DNA of 64,000 bases. Source: Dehalococcoidia bacterium. GTDB taxonomy: Bacteria; Chloroflexota; Dehalococcoidia; Lucifugimonadales; JAGWBF01. The notes under the pieces were generated by a model. That model saw only the letters and a list, made by a program, of their open reading frames with translations, made no database searches and was not told the DNA's origin. The translations under genes and the position numbers were made by a program. Positions 54,500 to 62,908 of the stretch are shown here, piece after piece. Every line of letters starts with the position of its first letter. Positions within the stretch are counted from its first letter, which is position 1. Where the stretch lies: contig OZ219935.1 of NCBI GenBank assembly GCA_964291465.2, positions 8,229 through 72,228 of the forward strand, in the 5' to 3' direction.

Positions 54500-55233
54500 T
54501 GCGCCGCCGCGACGTACCGGCGGTAGACGCCCCGGAACCCCTCCACGTCCAGGGATTCCCGGTCCCCGTGGAAGGCGATCCTGCCGCCGGACAGTATGGC
54601 CACCCGCTGCCCCCAGGCGAGGCCTCGGTCCAGGTTGTGGGTGGTCATGACGACGGCGCGGCCCTCGTCCTTCCACCGCTCCATGAGCCCGCCCAGCAGC
54701 TCCAGCGCATCCTGGTCCAGCCCCGCCTCGGGCTCGTCCATGAGCAGCACGCGGGGGGAGTGCAGCAGGGCGCGGGCGATGGAGAGCCGCTTGTACATGC
54801 CGTGGGACAGGGTGCCGGCCCGCTGGCCGCCGCGGCCCTCCAGGCCGACCGACCTCAGCGACTCGTCGGCCCTTTCCCCGGGCCGCTCCAGGGAGTACAT
54901 CCGACCGTAGAACACCAGGTTCTCGCGGCACGTCATGTCCTCGTAGAGCATGCCGCCGTGGCCCACGACTCCGATGGTCCGCCTGATCAGGCCGTCGTTC
55001 CGGCCCCTCCTGACACCCGCCACCGATATCGTCCCGCCGTCGGGCCTGGCCTGAGTCGAGAGCACCTTCAGGAGGGTCGTCTTGCCCACCCCGTTGGCCC
55101 CGAATATGACCAGGGACTCCCCCCAGGCCACGGAGAGGTCCAGGTCCCACAGCACCGGCCGCTCCCCGAAGGCCTTGCGAAGGCCCCTGACCTCGATGGC
55201 CGTGTTGGGGGCGCGGCCGTTCATCGCACCCAT
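54496..55233 (-). CDS. ccmA: heme ABC exporter ATP-binding protein CcmA
   Basis: It has Walker A GANGVGKTT, the signature LSHGMYKRL and Walker B LLMDEP. The start is probably ATG 55231-55233 (MGAMNGR...). Confidence 0.85.
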   Translation of the reverse strand: MGAMNGRAPNTAIEVRGLRKAFGERPVLWDLDLSVAWGESLVIFGANGVGKTTLLKVLSTQARPDGGTISVAGVRRGRNDGLIRRTIGVVGHGGMLYEDMTCRENLVFYGRMYSLERPGERADESLRSVGLEGRGGQRAGTLSHGMYKRLSIARALLHSPRVLLMDEPEAGLDQDALELLGGLMERWKDEGRAVVMTTHNLDRGLAWGQRVAILSGGRIAFHGDRESLDVEGFRGVYRRYVAAAQ

Positions 55234-55369
55234 GATACCCGCAACGCAAAACGGGGCGCAAGGCGACCATCCCGGGCAGGCTCCGGCCTCGGACGACACC
55301 CAGATCGTTGACACCCCCGCGGGGCGACGACTATCATGTTGCGGGAACTGGGCAGAGGACGATCAGCGG

Positions 55370-55978
55370 ATGATGAAGAGACCCGACCAGGTGAAGACGG
55401 CGCCCGACCAGGGGTACGGCGAGCGCGTGCCGCCGGGGCAGTTCGTCAGCAAGAAGCTGCCGGTCCTCACCTACGGCCGGACGCCAAAGATAGAGCTGGC
55501 CGACTGGCGCCTGCGCGTCTTCGGCCTGGTGGAGAACGAGGTCGACTTGGACTGGCAGAGCTTCACCGACCTCCCCTGGACCGCCGTGCAGGCGGACTTC
55601 CACTGCGTCACCCAGTGGAGCACCTTGGACAACCTGTGGGAGGGCGTCCTCTTCGAGGATCTGATCGGCCTGGTGCGGCCAAAAGGAGAGGCCTGTTTCG
55701 TCATGGCCCACTGCTACGGCGGCTATACGACCAACGTCCCCCTGGACGTGGCCCGGGAGGGGGTCCTGGCCCACAAGCACAACGGCGAGCCCATCTCCCG
55801 GGACCACGGCTGGCCCCTGCGCCTCGTGGTCCCCAGGCTGTACGGGTGGAAGAGCGCCAAGTGGGTCACTGCCATCGAGCTCATGGCCGACGACCGGCCC
55901 GGCTTCTGGGAAGAGCGGGGGTACAACAATAACGGAGACCCCTGGAAGGAGGAGCGCTTCTGGCCGGAGCTGTCCTAG
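55370..55978 (+). CDS. sulfite-oxidase-family molybdopterin-binding oxidoreductase
   Basis: ATG at 55370 (MMKRPDQ...). FHCVTQWS contains the Mo-ligand Cys, and RLVVPRLYGWKSAKWV is also present. Confidence 0.8.
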   Translation: MMKRPDQVKTAPDQGYGERVPPGQFVSKKLPVLTYGRTPKIELADWRLRVFGLVENEVDLDWQSFTDLPWTAVQADFHCVTQWSTLDNLWEGVLFEDLIGLVRPKGEACFVMAHCYGGYTTNVPLDVAREGVLAHKHNGEPISRDHGWPLRLVVPRLYGWKSAKWVTAIELMADDRPGFWEERGYNNNGDPWKEERFWPELS

Positions 55979-56032
55979 CCGGAGGGCCGCCAATTCCCGG
56001 GACTCGTGAAGCCTCTGGAGGCGATGGGGCCC

Positions 56033-56122
56033 CTACCAGCCGGTGCGTCTCTTGCCGCACTCCTTGCAGAAGACGCTGCGCAACGGCCCGTTCTCCGCAC
56101 CACAGTGCTCACAACGCCACAT
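56033..56122 (-). CDS. 29-aa zinc-ribbon mini-ORF (below ORF-track threshold)
   Basis: MWRCEHCGAENGPLRSVFCKECGKRRTGW follows W-x-C-x2-C-x3-N-x7-C-x2-C, which is close to the RanBP2-type zinc-finger pattern. AAGGA lies upstream. Confidence 0.3.
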   Translation of the reverse strand: MWRCEHCGAENGPLRSVFCKECGKRRTGW

Positions 56123-56176
56123 GCCGAACCCATCCTTTCTCGGTATTCGAAGCCGCCGGCGTAGCCCGGGCGGCCG

Positions 56177-56371
56177 TCACAGGTACGCGACATCCAGCTC
56201 CGGCTCGGCCATGACCTCCACCTCCTCGTGGGACACGTCGACGGCCGGGGCGGGCGCAAGGTCCCTCAGGAGCCCGCACTGCAGGCACTTGAAGAACCAG
56301 CCGTAGGGGTCGTTGTCGACGATCACGTCGCCCATGCACTTGGGACATGCCTTCAAGTATAGAGTGTCCAT
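56177..56371 (-). CDS. small zinc-ribbon protein
   Basis: I prefer the ATG at 56369-56371 (MDTLYLKACPKC...FKCLQCG), giving 64 aa. The longer track ORF translates the upstream direct repeats. Confidence 0.5.
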   Translation of the reverse strand: MDTLYLKACPKCMGDVIVDNDPYGWFFKCLQCGLLRDLAPAPAVDVSHEEVEVMAEPELDVAYL

Positions 56372-56373
56372 TT

Positions 56374-56435
56374 CACTGTTCCTAGGGCTCACTGCTCCTA
56401 AGGGCTCACTGTTCCTAGGGCTCACCGTTCCCACG
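56374..56435. repeat. 3.7 x 16/17-bp direct repeat
   Basis: The cactgttcctagggct units start at 56374, 56390, 56407 and 56423 (the last is partial), immediately upstream of the zinc-ribbon ATG on the minus strand. Confidence 0.7.
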
Positions 56436-56469
56436 GTCCCGACACCTTAGTCAGTTCAGATTATAGGGA

Positions 56470-56506
56470 TTGACACGGTCCGTGTCAAGTGTTAGCATAC
56501 TGCTAA
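56470..56506 (+). promoter_or_regulatory. candidate hspR-grpE-dnaK promoter with two palindromic operators
   Basis: Promoter: TTGACA (56470-75), a 17-nt spacer, TAGCAT (56493-98). Palindromes: TTGACACGG-T-CCGTGTCAA (56470-88) and TTAGCA-TAC-TGCTAA (56492-56506). GGAG lies before the GTG at 56525. Confidence 0.5.
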
Positions 56507-56524
56507 GCTCAACCGGAGATATCA

Positions 56525-57007
56525 GTGGCACAACAACCAAGGCATAGGACGAGGACCCGGGCCAGGGCCGACGCCGGATCCATCCCCATCGAGCCCCGTC
56601 CCGAGGAGCTCTCCGTCGCGCCGGTGCCCAAAGAGGGCCCCGAGGATGGAGGCGAGCGGGAGCTCAAGGGCGTCTACATCATAAGCGTGGCCGCCCGCCT
56701 GCTGGAGATGCACCCCCAGACCCTGCGCAAGTACGAGCGTCTCGGGCTGGTAAGCCCCTCCCGAACCATCGGTATGCTGCGCCTCTACTCCGAGGAGGAC
56801 ATCCAGAAGCTCCGCCTGATCAAGTACCTGGAGGAGAGCCTGGGGCTGAACCTGGCCGGGGTGGAGTTCACCCTCAACCTGCTGAGCCACCTGCTGGAGA
56901 TGCAGCAGAGGCTCACCCAGATGGTGGAGGCCGAGGAGTTCTTCGGGGACATCGAACGAGAGATGGCCCGGCTTTTCCGCAACCTCAACTTGCCCCGGCA
57001 GGTGTAG
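56525..57007 (+). CDS. hspR: MerR family heat-shock regulator (HspR-like)
   Basis: 160 aa with a GTG start. YIISVAARLLEMHPQTLRKYERLGLVSPSRT...RLYSEEDIQKLRLIKYL is the MerR/HspR HTH. It heads the grpE-dnaK operon. Confidence 0.78.
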   Translation: MAQQPRHRTRTRARADAGSIPIEPRPEELSVAPVPKEGPEDGGERELKGVYIISVAARLLEMHPQTLRKYERLGLVSPSRTIGMLRLYSEEDIQKLRLIKYLEESLGLNLAGVEFTLNLLSHLLEMQQRLTQMVEAEEFFGDIEREMARLFRNLNLPRQV

Positions 57008-57028
57008 CCCCAGCCAGGAAAGGACGTC

Positions 57029-57610
57029 ATGCAAGAGCAACGCGGCGAGGACTCGCGCCCCTGCGGCCGGGGGGACCAGGGCCCCGGGGCGGAGGCCGCC
57101 GGCTTGGAGACCCGGATACAAGAGCTGGAGACGGACCTGGAGGAGTCCAACAGGGAGCGCAGCCAGTACAAGGAGGCGCTTCTCAGGGCCCAGGCGGACC
57201 TCAGCAACTACAAGCGGCGGTCCGACGAGGAGCGGGGCGAGCAGCTAAAATACGCCAACTCCCGCCTCATCCTGAAGGTCCTCCCCGTCCTGGACGACCT
57301 GGGCTTGGCCATGGACCACGTCGCCGAGTCCGACGCCGGGGCGTCCTGGCTGGAGGGGGTGCAGCTCATCCACCGGAAGCTGCAGGCCCTGGTGGAGTCC
57401 GAGTCCGTGACCAGGATAGAGCCGGAGGGGCGGGACTTCGACCCCACCGAGCACGAGGCGATGGGCTACCAGGAGAGTTCGGACCACGACGAGGGCCAGG
57501 TCCTCAGCGTGGTCCGGAACGGATACAAGCTCCACGGCCGGGTCATCCGGCCGGCGCTGGTGATTCTGGCCAAGAGGCCCGAGGAGAACGGCGACGACCC
57601 GGTCTCGTAG
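57029..57610 (+). CDS. grpE: nucleotide exchange factor GrpE
   Basis: 193 aa. It has a coiled coil, ADLSNYKRR, LDDL, and a C-terminal beta domain (YKLHGRVIRPALV). Confidence 0.9.
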   Translation: MQEQRGEDSRPCGRGDQGPGAEAAGLETRIQELETDLEESNRERSQYKEALLRAQADLSNYKRRSDEERGEQLKYANSRLILKVLPVLDDLGLAMDHVAESDAGASWLEGVQLIHRKLQALVESESVTRIEPEGRDFDPTEHEAMGYQESSDHDEGQVLSVVRNGYKLHGRVIRPALVILAKRPEENGDDPVS

Positions 57611-57644
57611 GGATAGGGCCTCGTAGAGATAAAGGAGAAGCAAG

Positions 57645-59543
57645 ATGCCCAAGGTGATAGGTATAGACCTCGGAACCACCAACTCCGTGACCGCGGTCAT
57701 AGAGGCCGGCGAGCCCCTGGTGCTGGAGAACGCCGAGGGCGGGCGCATCACGCCCTCGGTGGTGGCCTCCAACGCCAAGTCGGGAGAGACCTACGTGGGC
57801 CAGATGGCCAAGAGGCAGGCGGTCACCAACCCCCAGAACACCATCTTCTCGGTGAAGCGGCTCATGGGACGCAAGTTCGAGGACGCCGAGGTCCAGCGGG
57901 CCATCAACGTGCTGCCCTACAAGATAGTCAGGGCCGGCAACGGCGACGCCCACGTCCAGATGGGCAGCAAGACCTATGCCCCTCCCCAGGTGTCGGCCCT
58001 GGTTCTGCAGAAGCTCAAGCAGGACGCCGAGGCCAAGCTGGGCGAGAAGATCACCCAGGCGGTGATCACGGTGCCCGCCTACTTCAACGACGCCCAACGG
58101 CAGGCCACCAAGGACGCGGGCCAGATCGCCGGGCTGGACGTGATGCGCATAATCAACGAGCCCACCGCGTCGTCCCTGGCCTACGGCGTCGACAAGAACA
58201 AGAGCGACGCCACAGTCGCCGTCTTCGACCTGGGCGGCGGCACCTTCGACATCTCCCTCCTGCAGCTGGGAGACGGGGTGTTCGAGGTCAAGTCCACCAA
58301 CGGCGACACGTTCCTGGGCGGCGACGACTTCGACAACCGCATCATCGACTGGATGATCAAGGAGTTCCGGCAGGAGTCGGGCATCGACCTGGGCAACGAC
58401 CAGATGGCCCTCCAGCGCCTGCGGGACGCGGCGGAGAAGGCGAAGATCGAGCTGTCCACGGTGTTCGAGACCGAGATCAACCTGCCCTTCATCACCGCCG
58501 ACGCCAGCGGGCCCAAGCACATGGTCCTCAACCTCAGCCGCTCCCGGATGGAGCAGCTCGTCTCCGACCTGCTGGACAGGACCGTGGAGCCGTGCCGCCA
58601 GGCGATGAACGACGCGGGCCTCACCTCCGGAGGCATAGACGAGGTAGTCCTGGTGGGCGGGATGACCCGCATGCCCGCCGTCCAGGCCAAGGTGAAGGAC
58701 ATCTTCGGTAAGGAGCCGAGCCGCACCGTCAACCCCGACGAGGCCGTGGCCATGGGGGCCGCCATGCAGGCCGGCGTGCTGGTGGGCGACGTGCAGGACA
58801 TCCTGCTGCTGGACGTGACTCCCCTCACCCTGGGGCTGGAGACCCTGGGCAACGTCCTCACGTCCCTGATACCGAGGAACACCACCATCCCCACATCCAA
58901 GAGCGAGACGTTCACCACCGCCGCCGACAACCAGACCAGCGTGGAGATCCACGTGCTCCAGGGCGAGCGCCCCATGGCCCAGGACAACAAGTCCATAGGC
59001 AAGTTCATCCTGGACGGCATACTCCCGGCGGCCAGGGGAGTGCCCCAGGTCGAGGTCACCTTCGACATCGACGCCAACGGCATCCTCAGCGTGTCGGCCA
59101 GGGACAAGGGCACCGGCAAGGAGCAGAAGATAGTGATCCAGGCCAGCTCCGGCCTCAGCAAGGACGAGGTGGAGCAGATGGTCCACCAGGCCCAGCAGTA
59201 CGCCGCCGAGGACGAGAAGAAACGGGCCGAGGCGGAGACGCGCAACCAGGCCGAGAGCCTGGTCTACTCCGCCGAGAAGCTCCTTGCCGAGCAGGCGGAC
59301 AAGGTCCCCGCGGAGCTGAAGCAGGAGGTCGAGGAGAAGATCACTGCGCTGCGCACGGCCATCCAGCAGAACGACGTGGCGCAGATGCAGGCGGCCATGA
59401 ACGAGCTGAACGCCGCTCTCCAGAAGGTGGGACAGGCCGTCTACAACCAGCCCGGGGCCGAAACGCCCCCCGGACAGGACGGCGGTCCCTCGGACAACGA
59501 CCAGCCCGGCGGCACCGTGGAGGGCGAGTTCCGGGAGGTCTAA
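57645..59543 (+). CDS. dnaK: molecular chaperone DnaK (Hsp70)
   Basis: 632 aa. It has [28 protein letters not shown] and a full substrate-binding domain. Confidence 0.97.
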   Translation: MPKVIGIDLGTTNSVTAVIEAGEPLVLENAEGGRITPSVVASNAKSGETYVGQMAKRQAVTNPQNTIFSVKRLMGRKFEDAEVQRAINVLPYKIVRAGNGDAHVQMGSKTYAPPQVSALVLQKLKQDAEAKLGEKITQAVITVPAYFNDAQRQATKDAGQIAGLDVMRIINEPTASSLAYGVDKNKSDATVAVFDLGGGTFDISLLQLGDGVFEVKSTNGDTFLGGDDFDNRIIDWMIKEFRQESGIDLGNDQMALQRLRDAAEKAKIELSTVFETEINLPFITADASGPKHMVLNLSRSRMEQLVSDLLDRTVEPCRQAMNDAGLTSGGIDEVVLVGGMTRMPAVQAKVKDIFGKEPSRTVNPDEAVAMGAAMQAGVLVGDVQDILLLDVTPLTLGLETLGNVLTSLIPRNTTIPTSKSETFTTAADNQTSVEIHVLQGERPMAQDNKSIGKFILDGILPAARGVPQVEVTFDIDANGILSVSARDKGTGKEQKIVIQASSGLSKDEVEQMVHQAQQYAAEDEKKRAEAETRNQAESLVYSAEKLLAEQADKVPAELKQEVEEKITALRTAIQQNDVAQMQAAMNELNAALQKVGQAVYNQPGAETPPGQDGGPSDNDQPGGTVEGEFREV

Positions 59544-59629
59544 CCCCCACGACTCCGCCCTCTCCGGCGGAAACTGACGCCCACGGCAGGGGCGGGTGCG
59601 AGACCCGCCCCTGATTCATTCCGGCAAAC

Positions 59630-60760
59630 TCACCCGATCCTGTGGACCGGAAAGATGAGCCGCTTCACCTTCTCGACGCTGTCCTCCGCGAAGCTCCGGG
59701 CCTCGCCCCGGACCTTTTCGGGGACCTCGAAGGGGGCCTCGGCGTCCCGCAGCGTGTCGTAGCGGTACGTTTCGACGAACCGCGCCGGGATGTCGTCGGG
59801 CCACTCCCTGCCCAGCATCACGCCGTAGGCCATGGACCAGCAGCGGGCCACCGCCCCCAGGTCGTACCCGCCTCCTCCGGTGGCCAGCCACGGCAGCCCC
59901 ATGCCGGCGAACTCCCTGACCGCCTCCACGTAGCCCCGTGAGGTGAGCAGCACGTGGGCCAGCGGGTCGTTGTAGTAGCTGTCGATGCCCAGCTGGGTGA
60001 CCAGCACGTCGGGCTTGAAAGCCTCTATCAGCGGGGGTACCACCTGCCTGAAAGCCCACAGATAGGTGTCGTCCTCGGTATACGGGTACAGGGGGAGGTT
60101 CACGGAGTAGCCCGTCCCCGCCCCGGAGCCCGTCTCCTCCACCGCGCCGGTCCCCGGGAACAGAAAGGCGCCGGACTCGTGGACCGAGATGGTCAGCACC
60201 CGGTCGGAGCCGTAGAATGCCGCCTGGACGCCGTCGCCGTGGTGGACGTCGATGTCTACGTACGCGACCCGCAGCCCCTTGCTCAGGAAGTAGTTGATGG
60301 CCACGGCCGGGTCGTTGAATACGCAGAAGCCCGAGGCGTTGCCGGCGGCGGCGTGGTGCAGGCCGCCGGAGATGTTGAAGGCCACCGCCGCGCGCTTGCC
60401 CTCCAGGACCTCCGCCGCAACCATGGACGCTCCGGTGCTCAGGGCCGCTGCTTCGTACATTCCCTCGTAGACGGGGTTGTCCCCGCCCGTGCTGAAGTTG
60501 AACCGGGCGGGGTTGGCGCTCATGTCGCCCCGTCCGAAACCCTTCACCGCTTCGATGTACTCCCGGGTGTGGAGGGTGCCTATCTCCTCGTCGGTGGCGG
60601 GCCTGGGCTCCAGGAGCAGTGCGCCAGCTTCGTCGAAAGCGCCGTAGGACCGCAGCAGGTCATAGGTGTACCGCAGCCTCACCGCCCTCAGGGGATGGTC
60701 GGCTCGCAGCACGTGGGCGGAAAGGGCGTCGCTGTAGACGAAGGCCACCCTGGCGCTCAT
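59630..60760 (-). CDS. histone deacetylase family / acetoin utilization AcuC-like deacetylase
   Basis: 376 aa. It has GGLHHA, DIDVHHGDGVQ and typical Zn ligands. Confidence 0.88.
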   Translation of the reverse strand: MSARVAFVYSDALSAHVLRADHPLRAVRLRYTYDLLRSYGAFDEAGALLLEPRPATDEEIGTLHTREYIEAVKGFGRGDMSANPARFNFSTGGDNPVYEGMYEAAALSTGASMVAAEVLEGKRAAVAFNISGGLHHAAAGNASGFCVFNDPAVAINYFLSKGLRVAYVDIDVHHGDGVQAAFYGSDRVLTISVHESGAFLFPGTGAVEETGSGAGTGYSVNLPLYPYTEDDTYLWAFRQVVPPLIEAFKPDVLVTQLGIDSYYNDPLAHVLLTSRGYVEAVREFAGMGLPWLATGGGGYDLGAVARCWSMAYGVMLGREWPDDIPARFVETYRYDTLRDAEAPFEVPEKVRGEARSFAEDSVEKVKRLIFPVHRIG

Positions 60761-61251
60761 GGATCACCGCTCCTCGGGAGTCCGAGCTCCCTGCACATGT
60801 TGTCCCAATGGGTCCCGCGCCAGTACACCCTGCCACATGCGGGACACGCCATGAAGGAGTCCTGGGTCCGGTAGACGTACGGTGGGACCAACCCCTCCAC
60901 GGACCCCTTGGGCCTGGGGTCCAGCGGCTCGTTGCAGCGGACGCACCTGGAGAAGCCGTTCCTCCCGTCCAGGTCCAGCTCTCCTCGGACCTGGTCGATC
61001 TGACGCCTGATCTCGTCGTCCCGGACGAGGACCACCCTGATCCGCCCGGTGGCCGCCAGCCTCCGCTCCGCGAGACCGCTGTCCCTGGTTACTATGACCC
61101 TTCCCTCCCTGAGGGCTATTCGCACCAGCTCGTTGTCCTCGACGGGGTCCTGGAACACCGTATCGTAGCCCATGATGCGGAGCCACGTCGCCAGACGACC
61201 CACGTTGACGTCCACTATGAATCTGGGCTCCACCCGCTGCAGGCTCCCCAA
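60757..61251 (-). CDS. Mut7-C RNase domain (DUF82, PIN-like) protein with C-terminal zinc ribbon
   Basis: 164 aa. It has FIVDVNVGRLATWLRIMGYDT, VIVTRD, and RCVRCN...CPACG. It overlaps the downstream deacetylase gene by 4 nt. Confidence 0.75.
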   Translation of the reverse strand: MGSLQRVEPRFIVDVNVGRLATWLRIMGYDTVFQDPVEDNELVRIALREGRVIVTRDSGLAERRLAATGRIRVVLVRDDEIRRQIDQVRGELDLDGRNGFSRCVRCNEPLDPRPKGSVEGLVPPYVYRTQDSFMACPACGRVYWRGTHWDNMCRELGLPRSGDP

Positions 61252-61403
61252 GCCGGCGCCTCCCCCACGCCTCCCTGGACGTCGAGTCTAGTGAAGTCGC
61301 GGCACCCGGTCAAGGGCGTCGGCCGCGCCGCCTGGACAAGCATTCACCTTCTCCCTAGAATAGGCCTCGCCGCGGCGCTTCCAACCCCCAGCCGTGCCCT
61401 CGT

Positions 61404-61552
61404 GTGCCGTCTCACAAGTGCGACCGACTCCCGCCAAGTGCCGGTCCACCGGTGGGTGGGGTTCCTTTCCCGCGCGGAGCGCGGGGAGGGAAGGTGGGCT
61501 CGACAACCCGGGGAGGGGCTCAAGCGTACAACGAACTTCGGGGACAGGACAC
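61404..61552 (+). ncRNA. unclassified structured RNA-like element, copy 2
   Basis: It is homologous to 20398-20561 and ends 12 nt before the ATG at 61565. The helices P1 (61404-13 with 61541-52), P2 (61430-35 with 61455-60) and P3 (61462-92) can be drawn in both copies. Confidence 0.42.
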
Positions 61553-61564
61553 TAGCCCCCAGCC

Positions 61565-61963
61565 ATGTTCGAGAAGGAGAGAGACGTGACGACCCAAGAG
61601 AAGCAGGCCTACCTGGACAAGATATACAAGGACCGGGGATACATTCTGGAGATGCACAAGCTGATGGTGGAGGCCGACCTGGAGTGGGTGAAGGCCTACG
61701 ACCCCTTCGTGGAGATCACCTACACGGCCGACCGGACGCTGGACCGCAAGACCAAGGAGCTGCTCCAGATCGCCGTGGAGACGGCCCTGAGGGCGGACGT
61801 GGAGCAGATCCAGGCCCACGTCAGGGTGGCCCTGCAGCACGGCGCCACCCCCCAGGAGATACTGGAGGCCCTTCAGACCGTCGTGATGCCCATGGGGATG
61901 CTGGCCATGCGCCGGGGCCTCCAGGCATGGGCCGCCGAGGTGGGGGCCCGGACCGGGGAGTAG
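61565..61963 (+). CDS. carboxymuconolactone decarboxylase (CMD/AhpD-like) family protein
   Basis: 132 aa. LDRKTKELLQIAVETAL......HVRVALQHGATPQEILEAL is the CMD pattern. There is no CxxC. Confidence 0.78.
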   Translation: MFEKERDVTTQEKQAYLDKIYKDRGYILEMHKLMVEADLEWVKAYDPFVEITYTADRTLDRKTKELLQIAVETALRADVEQIQAHVRVALQHGATPQEILEALQTVVMPMGMLAMRRGLQAWAAEVGARTGE

Positions 61964-61989
61964 CCCGCGGCCACTCCCGTCGGGCGGCC

Positions 61990-62799
61990 CTACTCCTCGG
62001 CCACCACCCGGTTCCTGAGGACGCCGATGCCGCCGATCTCCACCTCGACCACGTCGCCGGGCGACATGTCTTCGGTGGCGCCCTCGGTCCCCATCCACAG
62101 GACGTCGCCGGGATGGAGGGTTATGTACCGGGTTATCTCGCTGATATAGTGGGCCGTGTCGAAGATCATCGTGCCCGTGTTGAACTGGGAGACCACCCGC
62201 CCGTTGAGCCTGATGGTGGTCTCCAGGTTGGTGGGGTCCAGGCCAGGCACGATCCAGGGCCCCATGGGCTTGAAGGTGTCTGTGTTCTTGGCCCTCCACA
62301 GGGTCCGGTCCTCCCGCTGCCAGGCCCTCTCGCTTACGTCGTTGCCGATGGTGTATCCGAGGACGCACTCCAGCGCCTCGTCCTCGGACAGGTGCTTGGC
62401 GGTCCTCCCGATGACGGCGACAAGCTCCCCCTCGTACTGGAACTCCCCCGAGGAGTCCTTGGGCATGACGATGTCCTCCGCGTGGGCGATGAGGGCGTTG
62501 GGAGACCGGTACCCCACGTCGGCCTTCTTCGGTATATTGGGCTGGGTGCCCGCCTTCTTGGCGGCGAAGGTCACGTGCTCTGGATAGTTGATCCCCGCGG
62601 CGTAGAAGTTGGGCGGGACGACGGGCACCAGCAGCTTCACGTCGGCCAGGGCATGAGTGTCGGATGTGACCCGGTGTTCGCCGAAGGGCGTGCCGGACAC
62701 AGCGGCAACCCGGTCTCCATCCACCGTCCCATAGCTCGCCCGGCCGTTCACCTCGAACCGGCACCAGATCATGTCGGCCCCTCCTTCCGCGTCTCTCAC
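61990..62799 (-). CDS. fumarylacetoacetate hydrolase (FAH) family protein
   Basis: 269 aa. It has YEGELVAVIG, NDVSER, and a C-terminal PGDVV. Confidence 0.9.
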   Translation of the reverse strand: MRDAEGGADMIWCRFEVNGRASYGTVDGDRVAAVSGTPFGEHRVTSDTHALADVKLLVPVVPPNFYAAGINYPEHVTFAAKKAGTQPNIPKKADVGYRSPNALIAHAEDIVMPKDSSGEFQYEGELVAVIGRTAKHLSEDEALECVLGYTIGNDVSERAWQREDRTLWRAKNTDTFKPMGPWIVPGLDPTNLETTIRLNGRVVSQFNTGTMIFDTAHYISEITRYITLHPGDVLWMGTEGATEDMSPGDVVEVEIGGIGVLRNRVVAEE

Positions 62800-62908
62800 T
62801 TATCGGACCACCCCGGTCACGGGCAATTCTGACACCCGAGTATCTCCGGGTCAAGCTGGACTTGCTGGAGAGATTTCCGGCATCCGCCAATTTGGCCCGT
62901 GATATCCC

